Notes under the pieces: generated by a model
The model's database searches: none
Told to the model about the DNA's origin: nothing
The model's input: only the letters and a program-made list of their open reading frames with translations
Source: Parcubacteria group bacterium
Lineage (GTDB): Bacteria > Patescibacteriota > Minisyncoccia > JACPHC01
DNA length: 43,957 bases
Direction of reading: 5' to 3'
NCBI GenBank assembly: GCA_016188775.1
Contig: JACPHC010000009.1
Span: forward strand, 1 to 43,957
Shown: positions 29,049 through 37,216 of the stretch, one piece after another
How positions within the stretch are numbered: the first letter of the stretch is position 1
Layout: the number at the start of each line of letters is the position of its first letter
Position numbers and translations under genes: made by a program

Positions 29049-29116
29049 TACAAGTTTACGAGGCTAAGCCTCGTAAACTTGTAAGCCTCGTAAACTTGTA
29101 GCCTCGTAAACTTGTA
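29049..29116. repeat. REP-like hairpin with tandemly triplicated right arm
   Basis: TACAAGTTTACGAGGC-TAA-GCCTCGTAAACTTGTA followed by two more AGCCTCGTAAACTTGTA units. Confidence 0.9.
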
Positions 29117-29344
29117 TTTCTGTTTCTGGCGCAATTGCCATCGGAGTTCAAGATTTTTGAAATTTTTTTCAATGCCGGTATAGGCTAGTTCGATTCTTGA
29201 AGTTTGAGCGACTCCAAAGCCGGATTGTTCGGCCATAGAGTCGGATTTCATTATCGCTTTTTCGCGGTAACAGTTTCATTGATAAAGCAGGGCCGTTTTC
29301 AAATTAGCTCAAAATTTTTAGCAAAACAAGAAGGCACTGAATAG

Positions 29345-31369
29345 CTAAAATTTAAAAACCCAAATTGACTGTCCGATTTTAACGAATGGCTGGTAAGGCC
29401 TTAGCCAATCATAGCGATCTTCCGGTTTGATGATAAATCCGGGCGCGGGACTGCCCCAAGCGCCTTGCAAAAAAGTGGCGGAAATAGCGAACCATTCTCC
29501 CTCGTCGGGCTTTCCGCGGGCCGACCACCAAGGATTGAATTTTTCAGCCAGAAAGTATTCCGGCCCGCCTCCTCCGCCAAAATAATCCAGGTTGATTTTT
29601 GGGATATTATTTTTATCCATAAAATTTTTTAGCCGTTTTAAATCCTGGCCCCAGTCTAAGTTTGAATCTGTAACGTAAAGATATCCCTGTTTATATCCGC
29701 CTACTGCTTCGTTAAAATAGGCGAGAAAACTTGGCCAAACTCTGATGACGGAAATAAATTGGAACACAAGCAGGCCGATGATAAGAGTTTCAAAAATAGT
29801 TTTTGAATCGTATTTCGGCCGACTTACCCCGTTAGAAATTTGTTCTGCCGCAAACGCGATGTCAGTCGAAAGTGAAAGTTTATTTCTAGCGGGGCGCAGA
29901 AGTTTAACGATTTGCCCGGCCGTTAAAACAAAAGTAAAAGGCAAAATCGGTAAAAGATGCCGAACGCCGATATTGAGATTCGATCGGATTGAAGTGAACC
30001 AATAAAGAATGATAAAACTGACCATCGTGAATTCGGAAAAATGATTTTTTAACCATTCAATATTCTGCCCCGTTTTCAGTTTGCGAAATTCAACAATTTT
30101 TTTGAAAAAATTATCATTGGTTATTGAGTTCCAAGCCAGTCTTTTTTTATTGACGCGTTCAATGATAAAAATTAAAATCGCGGCCAGTGTAAATATATGA
30201 AGAGTGAGAGTTTCTTTAATGAAATAGACAACGGGGAAATAAATTCTGGAGCCGATGGCTGAAACTTCGCCTAAAAAATAGGCCGTATTGCCGCCCAGCG
30301 ATCTTTGCACCACCATTAAAAAACCCAAAAGATATTGAGCCATTGGCCGTAAAATCGGCTTATCAGTGGCCCAAATAATTAATTCCACCGGACAGCGCTT
30401 GATGAATTTTAAATCAAGACAGGCCGAGGCAACGGTTTTTTGTCCGTTGCCGAATGATTTAAGAATACAGGCCGTGTCCCGGAATTGGCTCGGCCCCATT
30501 TCCTTGATGCTTTGATCCGAGTCGCAATTGGCAGTTTCTAAAATCCGTTTTTGGGCGATTGGGTTTTCAGGTTTTGACGGATAATTCCAAACATGATAGC
30601 CGTAAACGCCCCAAATTACCGCGCTCGAGATCGCGAATATTAAAATCAATTTGCCAAAAACCCAGAGCAAATTTTTCAGCCAAGTTTCTTTTTCTTGTCC
30701 TAATATCCAAATAAAGGCCAGAAGCGAGAAAAGCGGAAAAAGAAGAAAAACGGAAAATTTAGCCAGTTGAGCCAGTCCTAAAGTAATTCCGGCCCAAATT
30801 AAATTTTTTCCGGTTTGATGACGAATAAATTTTACGAAAAAATAAGAGGCGATGAAAATTCCGGCTGCCGCGCCCGCGTCAGTGGTGACGAATCGGCCGT
30901 GAGCGATAATTGTTGGGGAAAGAGCGTAAAGAAATAAAGCGATTAGGCCGGCCTTGTCTCCGAAAAGTCCCCGCGTCCATTTAAAAACGAAAAACCCGAG
31001 CAGCAAAGTCAAAAGCATTATGGGCAGTCTTGACCAGAACAAAATTTTCTCCGCCGGATTGCCGATTTTATGGATAAATTCCGCGCCGAAAGTCCATTGA
31101 CCGTTAATGTCTTGAGTCCAAGAGGGATCGGTTTTTGGAAATTTTAAATCAAGAAAAAGCAAAGGCAGAGCGGCCAGGTCTTTAATCAGCGGCGGGTGTT
31201 CCGGATTGAGCCGCATATCTTTTCGCGTCAAATAAGAATAGCCGGCGCCGATGTGCGGCACCTCGTCAACAATCGCCGAATCGTTCCAGCTTGAACTCAA
31301 CATCAGAATAAGCATAAAGCCAAGAAGAGAAGCGGCGATAATGTTGATTTGTTTAGATGAAATTCGCAT
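29345..31369 (-). CDS. GT-C fold (ArnT/PMT-like) membrane glycosyltransferase
   Basis: VDEVPHIGAG, EHPPLIK, polytopic TM, GVRHLLP, DSNLDWGQDL. Confidence 0.85.
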   Translation of the reverse strand: MRISSKQINIIAASLLGFMLILMLSSSWNDSAIVDEVPHIGAGYSYLTRKDMRLNPEHPPLIKDLAALPLLFLDLKFPKTDPSWTQDINGQWTFGAEFIHKIGNPAEKILFWSRLPIMLLTLLLGFFVFKWTRGLFGDKAGLIALFLYALSPTIIAHGRFVTTDAGAAAGIFIASYFFVKFIRHQTGKNLIWAGITLGLAQLAKFSVFLLFPLFSLLAFIWILGQEKETWLKNLLWVFGKLILIFAISSAVIWGVYGYHVWNYPSKPENPIAQKRILETANCDSDQSIKEMGPSQFRDTACILKSFGNGQKTVASACLDLKFIKRCPVELIIWATDKPILRPMAQYLLGFLMVVQRSLGGNTAYFLGEVSAIGSRIYFPVVYFIKETLTLHIFTLAAILIFIIERVNKKRLAWNSITNDNFFKKIVEFRKLKTGQNIEWLKNHFSEFTMVSFIILYWFTSIRSNLNIGVRHLLPILPFTFVLTAGQIVKLLRPARNKLSLSTDIAFAAEQISNGVSRPKYDSKTIFETLIIGLLVFQFISVIRVWPSFLAYFNEAVGGYKQGYLYVTDSNLDWGQDLKRLKNFMDKNNIPKINLDYFGGGGGPEYFLAEKFNPWWSARGKPDEGEWFAISATFLQGAWGSPAPGFIIKPEDRYDWLRPYQPFVKIGQSIWVFKF
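29827..29894. repeat. CCCCGTTAGAAAT...ATTTCTAGCGGGG palindrome inside the CDS
   Basis: 13-bp inverted arms with 1 mismatch; reading frame preserved. Confidence 0.8.
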
Positions 31370-33007
31370 TTATTTTATGTTCATTATAATTGTTTTTTCG
31401 TCTCTGATAATTTTATCACGATTTTCGGGCAAAAGATAAGTGATGTTTTGCCCGGGTTTTTGTTTAGTGATAAACATAATTGTTTGCGCCGGCATCGGAA
31501 TACGATCAACTAAAACGCCCGAAGCCTCGACTATTACATATTTTTTAAAATTAATCGGCAAGCTATTGAGATATTTCGCTTGCTGGACGTAATTTTGAGC
31601 GAACGCGCCTTTAGTATTTAGATTATTCGCCCATTGAATAAAATATTTATCAAAAGTTTGATAGGCAAGACTGGAAAAAAATATCAGCCAAAGAACGGCG
31701 ATAATTTTCGGCTTCAGGGAAATTTTTTCAGCGGCTGTTTGAAATTGCTGGTAGACCAGTGAAAATCCCAATCCGGCGAAAATAAAAACAGGCGGAATCG
31801 CGCCGATGGAGCGCAAAGCGTGCGGCAGGCCTTCGTTGGACAAAATCGTTGGCAAAAGCATGATAAAAAACCAGCTAAGAAGAAAGAAATTTACGAATCT
31901 GGAATCAGAATTTTGAACCTCTTTTTTAATCGTTTTTTTAATAGAATAAATCAAGCCGATTAGAAATAAAATCCCAGCCGGCCAATAAAGTTGCGGCTGG
32001 CCGGAAAAATTATGCCGCCAGTTCCAGTCGCCGACAAAATTAAACATCGCCAAAGTTTTTCCAATATTTTTTAAAAGAGCTTTGATCGGGCTGGGATCGG
32101 CGAAAATGGAAACTTGGCCGGTTCGGCCCAAAAAATCTTGGGGATGGTTGAAAAAATAAAAACCGATGGGTAAAACGATAATAAAAGCGGTTAGAAAGAA
32201 TATTAGCCATTTAATTAATTTTAAACGGAAATACGCCCAAGACTCGCCCGCAAGAGAGGAACCCTTTTCATCTCTCCCAATTATATTTGGGCTTCGCCCT
32301 AAGGTAGACCCCTCTCTTGATGGCTCGCTTTGGGCGTGTTTCCATTTAATTAAATCGTATAAAAAAATCAATCCCACCAAGCCCGGGACAACGCGAAAGG
32401 CGATATAGGTATGAAAGCCGAGTCCGAAAAATAAACCCGCCAGAATTGAATAGAGCGCGTAAAAAGGCCATTGCGGAAGGCCATTTTTAGAGCTCTTAAT
32501 ACTCCCAGAATCTTTCAAATTATTTTCCCGGTCTTTTTTCTTATCTATAATTTTAAAGAGAAAATAGAAAAGCCAGGCCGTTAAAAACGGCACCGTAATG
32601 GCTCGAAAACCGACGCGGGAAAAATTAATGTGCCAAAAAGAAACAGCCAGAAAAAAAGCGGAAGCCAAAGAAATTACTTGGTTAACGAATAACTCCTTGG
32701 TTAAAAAATAAACTCCTAAAACAGTTAAGCTTCCAAGAACAGCGCTGACAATCCGGAGCGCCCAAGGCTCGGGCCCGAAAACAGCCAGCGATAAAGATTG
32801 GATATTAATAAATAATCCTTCCCGGCCGTTATTTTCCGGATAAAAGATTTTCCAGGATTTGTTTTGCCAAGCCTCATAAGCTTGATTGCCGTTAATGGCT
32901 TCGTCCGGATAAAGCCCCGGGGGAACAGCGGCGATTTTATAAAAACGAAAAAAAACCGCCAAGAGAATAATCAGAATTAAAAGAATATGATGAAAACGGA
33001 AATTCAT
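31370..33007 (-). CDS. GT-C fold (ArnT/PMT-like) membrane glycosyltransferase
   Basis: PPGLYPDEA, WALRIVSA, WHINFSRVGFR, polytopic TM. Confidence 0.85.
   Translation of the reverse strand: MNFRFHHILLILIILLAVFFRFYKIAAVPPGLYPDEAINGNQAYEAWQNKSWKIFYPENNGREGLFINIQSLSLAVFGPEPWALRIVSAVLGSLTVLGVYFLTKELFVNQVISLASAFFLAVSFWHINFSRVGFRAITVPFLTAWLFYFLFKIIDKKKDRENNLKDSGSIKSSKNGLPQWPFYALYSILAGLFFGLGFHTYIAFRVVPGLVGLIFLYDLIKWKHAQSEPSREGSTLGRSPNIIGRDEKGSSLAGESWAYFRLKLIKWLIFFLTAFIIVLPIGFYFFNHPQDFLGRTGQVSIFADPSPIKALLKNIGKTLAMFNFVGDWNWRHNFSGQPQLYWPAGILFLIGLIYSIKKTIKKEVQNSDSRFVNFFLLSWFFIMLLPTILSNEGLPHALRSIGAIPPVFIFAGLGFSLVYQQFQTAAEKISLKPKIIAVLWLIFFSSLAYQTFDKYFIQWANNLNTKGAFAQNYVQQAKYLNSLPINFKKYVIVEASGVLVDRIPMPAQTIMFITKQKPGQNITYLLPENRDKIIRDEKTIIMNIK
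32207..32353. mobile_element. In-frame palindromic insertion flanked by 12-bp direct repeats
   Basis: CCATTTAATTAA at 32207-32218 and 32342-32353; nested stems GGAAATACGCCCAA/TTGGGCGTGTTTCC and CAAGAGAGG/CCTCTCTTG. Confidence 0.75.
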
Positions 33008-33242
33008 AAGAGGCCTAATGCGTTATCAGGTAAATAATCGCGTAAACAACCGCTATAAAAACAGAAGATAAAATTAAAGCCAAGTAAATGATTTTTTTTG
33101 GCCATAGGATTAAATTCTTTTCGGCTTTTGATGAATATGACGACTGATAGGATGACGAATAAATCCAGAATTAAGAATTTTAGCATTGGATTCATAATTT
33201 CATTATGCATGACGTGAATTTCTTCGTTTAAATAATCCATTG

Positions 33243-33357
33243 CGTCATTGCGAGAAGCGTAGCGACGAAGCAATCTTTTTGAATATATTGCCTTGCTTCG
33301 TTCGTGATGACAAGGATTGCTTCGTCATTACGTCTTGCTTCATTCCTCGCAATGACA
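33243..33357. repeat. GTCATTGCGAG-type palindromic element, copy 3
   Basis: GTCATTGCGAG...GACGAAGCAATC...GATTGCTTCGTC...CTCGCAATGAC. Confidence 0.9.
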
Positions 33358-33443
33358 GGAAGAGAAATTTCGCATCACGCGTTAATTATACCGTTATTGT
33401 CTTTATTTTCAAAATTTTATATAATTAAAATAATCGTATTATT

Positions 33444-36400
33444 ATGGAACAATTTCCATTCCCACAACCAAATATAGGCGAGCCGGAAAAAAAAGAAGAA
33501 AATTTAGAGCCAAAACCCGGATTTTTGGAAACGGCCGAAGAAAAAGTCACTAGGCAATTTAAAGAAGAAGAAGCGGAGAAAACAGCGGAGGAAAAAAGGG
33601 TTGTTGAAGAAGGAGAGAAAAAACCATCGGGTCCGGAAATGAAAGAAGAAAAAAAGCCGGAGGAAAAACAAGAGCCCGGAGTCTCGGAGGAAGTAAAAAA
33701 ATCCATTGAGCAGGCTTACGGAATAGATAAAGGAGAAATGGAGAAGCCCGAAAAGTCCGAAACAGAGAAAGTAGAAGGAAAAAAGCCGGAGGCTAAAGCT
33801 CCTCGTGGTTGGAGCATTCAAGAAATAATTGATAAAACGCGAGGTTATGATGTTTTGCGTGAAGAAATGATGAAAGAACGCAAAGAACGCATGGAGAAAG
33901 CAAAAAAAGAGAAATACGCCGAACCTTTGTCAAAAGTTGAAAAAGCCGGAATTGGGGCGCTTCAAAAATTTGGTTTTGGCGAAGCAGGCGCCAAAGCTAT
34001 TTATCAAGTCGGCAAAGGCGGTTTAAATACGATCGGTTCCATTTTTGGCGCCCGACTGGCTTGGGAGGCGCCGAAACTGATTTATGATCATTATAAAAAG
34101 AAAGGCCAAAAAGAAAAATTAAGCGATTTGACAACGACTTTGCTTGAAAACGCTCAATTCAATAAAAAAGTTAAAATTGAAAAAGGCCAAGCGCTGACTG
34201 AAAAACAAAAAGCAGAGCGGGAAAAATTAGAAGCGAAAGCTGGGGCGGAAAGGCCGGTTTTGGCCGCGATTAAAGAATTAAACGCGAAATTAAAAGAAGC
34301 GAAAATGCCGCCGGAAGAGAAAAAGAAGATGCGTTCGGAGCTGGCCGTGATTTTACAAGAATATAAACATAAAGGAAAAGATTTGGAAAAAGCCAAAACG
34401 GAAAAGACCGGCAAACTATTGGATTTATATATTAATAATTCCGCGCAAAAAATGGTAGTGGCCAGAGAGGCGGTGAATACTTTATCAATTGCCACTTTTA
34501 CTCCTTGGTTAAGAACTGTTGGTTATGCGGCTTTTGCCGGTTTGGAAAAAGTGACTAAAGCCGGCCAAAATTACGAGAAAAAACATTTTAAAGAGACTGA
34601 AGGATGGAGAAAGGATTTTGGCAAATTCGGCGCGGTGGCCAAAAATTTAACCATTGACTCGGCTCGAGAAACTTTTAACGGCTTAACCTTTAATTATTTT
34701 AACAAAGAGAAAAAAGGAAAAATACAAACTGGCGCGGAATTTGCTTCGTCAATGTTTATGTTGATGAGAGTAGTGGGTTTATATGAATTTGAAAAAGCGA
34801 TGCAGTCCGGAAGTTTACCGATTCAAGAAGGAGCCAAGAAATTTTGGGAAAATTTTGAAAAAGGAGATTTAGAAGGGGCATTGAGGCAAGGCGGAGAAAA
34901 TATGCTCGCTAACGCCCAACGACTTTTATCTCACGTCGGTCTTGCGGAAAATCCGGATCAAGCGATGAAAAAATTAATGGAAGGAGGAAGGCCGCAGGGG
35001 AAAGGTTTATTTGAGACGATTCAAGAGGAAAGAAAAGGCGAAAAACAAGAAGGATTGGGCGCGGTTATATTGGAAAAAGCCAAAGGCGAATATCGAGAAA
35101 GATTGGGAAAGGAAATCGCTCTGGCCGGTTTAGCCACAATTCACCAGGGGGAAGGCATTGAGCACGGTCTTATTCGCCAGCTTGAATTTGATCCCGCGGC
35201 TCATGGTTTTAAGGGCGATTCTAATAATTTTGTTGAAGTCCATCGTTGGGCCCAAGGCGAGGCGCATAAAATCGCGGTGGAGAATAATTTTATTAATCCG
35301 GCAACCGGCGAAGAAACAAGAGTTATTTTTGACGCTAAACATCCGGCCGAATATATTTTAAAACCGGAGGGGTCGGTTGATGTTGTTAATCGCAATGAAT
35401 ATTCTTGGAAACCGGCGGAAGAAACGAAAAAAGTTTTGGAAAACGCGCGAAATCTTTCAATAAAAACTCCGGAGGAATTAATGAAAGAAAATCTTGAGCT
35501 TCAGGCGATGAGAGAAGAAAGCCAAAAAATTCTTGATTATAAAATTCAACATGACGCTTGGGGAAAATCAGATGAGGAGGTTAAAGATTTAATAAAACTA
35601 AAAGAAATGCAGGAAACTATGACTATGACCGAAGGTTCGGAAAAAGGCATGGAAATGCCGCCGGAACTTCGCGGAGAATCTATACCTCAATCAGTTGAAC
35701 AACCGAGAGTTGGAGAGTCTACTCCATCCTATTCAAAGGAAGAATTTGCTTCAGAAGGCTCTGAAAAAGGAATGGAAAATCCTCCTGAATTTAGAAAGGA
35801 ATCAGATGTTTTTCAAAGAGAATACGGTCCTAAAGCTGAAGTTCAACCGGAAATGACTTCCGAGGAAAAACTAAAAGAAATGCAGGAAACTATGACTATG
35901 ACCGAAGGTTCGGAAAAAGGCATGGAAATGCCGCCGGAATTAAGAGAAGAAAAAGTTGTTCTGACCGCGCCTGAAGCGGAGAAATTAAAAGAAGAATTAA
36001 AATTAGAAGAAGAGAGGATGGAACCCGTTCAAGAATCGACTATTTTTAAAGAAGAAGCGCCTTCTCAAGCGGAAATTCAGCCAGAACCGTCCGAAATGGA
36101 AAAGGCGATTAAAATGGAAAAAGAAAAAGGGGCGAGTGAATTTTCAGTTAATGTTCCAGGTGAAGAACGAGAAATTCCGCCAATAACGGAATTGGAAAAA
36201 GAAAGATTGAGAGAGACGGTTAATATTCCCGGAGAAGAAAGGGCGAGCGCTGTTAAACCGGAAGAAATAGAAAAAGCCGCGGAAGAATTTAAGGGATTGG
36301 GCAAAGAAGTATTAAAGGAAAATTGGCGTCAGGACGTAATGAATAAATTAGCTGGTAAAGGAAATACTAATCTTCATCTGAGTCGCATTGAAAACGCGGC

Positions 36401-36545
36401 CTTAAAAGTTATAGGTTATAAAAATGATTTGGCATTACTGGAGAAAGGTGGCAGAGGTTCTGGTCCGGAAGCGGAATCTTTGAAAAAAATGATTAAAAAC
36501 ACAGTTGATAAAATAGAAAAACAATACGGCGATGTGTTTAAATAA
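33444..36545 (+). CDS. Large Glu/Lys-rich hypothetical protein with internal repeats
   Basis: 1033-aa ORF; TTGTCT-17-TATAAT upstream; charged ends around an Ala/Gly-rich helical middle. Confidence 0.85.
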   Translation: MEQFPFPQPNIGEPEKKEENLEPKPGFLETAEEKVTRQFKEEEAEKTAEEKRVVEEGEKKPSGPEMKEEKKPEEKQEPGVSEEVKKSIEQAYGIDKGEMEKPEKSETEKVEGKKPEAKAPRGWSIQEIIDKTRGYDVLREEMMKERKERMEKAKKEKYAEPLSKVEKAGIGALQKFGFGEAGAKAIYQVGKGGLNTIGSIFGARLAWEAPKLIYDHYKKKGQKEKLSDLTTTLLENAQFNKKVKIEKGQALTEKQKAEREKLEAKAGAERPVLAAIKELNAKLKEAKMPPEEKKKMRSELAVILQEYKHKGKDLEKAKTEKTGKLLDLYINNSAQKMVVAREAVNTLSIATFTPWLRTVGYAAFAGLEKVTKAGQNYEKKHFKETEGWRKDFGKFGAVAKNLTIDSARETFNGLTFNYFNKEKKGKIQTGAEFASSMFMLMRVVGLYEFEKAMQSGSLPIQEGAKKFWENFEKGDLEGALRQGGENMLANAQRLLSHVGLAENPDQAMKKLMEGGRPQGKGLFETIQEERKGEKQEGLGAVILEKAKGEYRERLGKEIALAGLATIHQGEGIEHGLIRQLEFDPAAHGFKGDSNNFVEVHRWAQGEAHKIAVENNFINPATGEETRVIFDAKHPAEYILKPEGSVDVVNRNEYSWKPAEETKKVLENARNLSIKTPEELMKENLELQAMREESQKILDYKIQHDAWGKSDEEVKDLIKLKEMQETMTMTEGSEKGMEMPPELRGESIPQSVEQPRVGESTPSYSKEEFASEGSEKGMENPPEFRKESDVFQREYGPKAEVQPEMTSEEKLKEMQETMTMTEGSEKGMEMPPELREEKVVLTAPEAEKLKEELKLEEERMEPVQESTIFKEEAPSQAEIQPEPSEMEKAIKMEKEKGASEFSVNVPGEEREIPPITELEKERLRETVNIPGEERASAVKPEEIEKAAEEFKGLGKEVLKENWRQDVMNKLAGKGNTNLHLSRIENAALKVIGYKNDLALLEKGGRGSGPEAESLKKMIKNTVDKIEKQYGDVFK
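35594..35939 (+). repeat. Exact 73-bp in-frame direct repeat (35594-35666 and 35867-35939) with a degenerate copy between
   Basis: KLKEMQETMTMTEGSEKGMEMPPEL twice; EGSEKGMENPPEF once. Confidence 0.9.
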
Positions 36546-36557
36546 TTTAAATTAAAT

Positions 36558-36782
36558 ATGCCAAACACAAAAATTATTCACGGTTTTAAAGTGATGTTCG
36601 AAGAAAACGCCAGAGAAGGTGTCCAGTATTTGGAAGCCGATCTTGATTTAAACGAAGCCAAAGTGTTTTTTGATCAAGCCAAATTAAAAGGTTCGGCTCA
36701 ATTTGAGGACGATGAGGAACGGCAGTTCACCTTAATGCATCAAAGGAATGATCATAACTATGTTTTGATCAGAAGAACATAA
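36558..36782 (+). CDS. Small hypothetical protein, 74 aa
   Basis: Co-oriented, 12-nt gap, plausible composition. Confidence 0.75.
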   Translation: MPNTKIIHGFKVMFEENAREGVQYLEADLDLNEAKVFFDQAKLKGSAQFEDDEERQFTLMHQRNDHNYVLIRRT

Positions 36783-36808
36783 TAATCTTCAAAAAATAAT
36801 TAATAAAA

Positions 36809-37216
36809 ATGAAAAAAGTTAAAAAAATCGTTTTAAAAACGGTGAAGCAAGAAAAGAAAAGATTAAGCGAGGATGAAAAATTATTGGCTGATTTGTCCCG
36901 AGAACAGATTTTGGATTTGGCCGACGCTTCGGGCAGAAAATTAGGTTTTTTATTGGCTTTGTCTCCGCTTGAAGATAAAATTAAAGAATCGATAATGGAT
37001 ATTCTTGAATTGGCTACGCCCGCCCAACTTGATAAATTTTCCGAAATGCTCGAGTTGAGTTATTTGGAATCTGGCAACAAAGAATTGGAAGAAAGTTTCA
37101 AAAAAGAAGTGGAACAAATCAAAACGACATTTGATGAAAAAGAAAAAGCTCTGGAAGAAGAAACTTTGTTCATACTCGAGCAAATAGAAAATAAAACGCT
37201 TAAAATTAATGTTTGA
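36809..37216 (+). CDS. Acidic helical hypothetical protein, 135 aa
   Basis: Co-oriented, stop overlaps the start of the next gene. Confidence 0.75.
   Translation: MKKVKKIVLKTVKQEKKRLSEDEKLLADLSREQILDLADASGRKLGFLLALSPLEDKIKESIMDILELATPAQLDKFSEMLELSYLESGNKELEESFKKEVEQIKTTFDEKEKALEEETLFILEQIENKTLKINV

Noticed and set aside
29049-29116. CRISPR array
   Set aside because: Repeat units are directly adjacent with no spacers, and there are no cas genes
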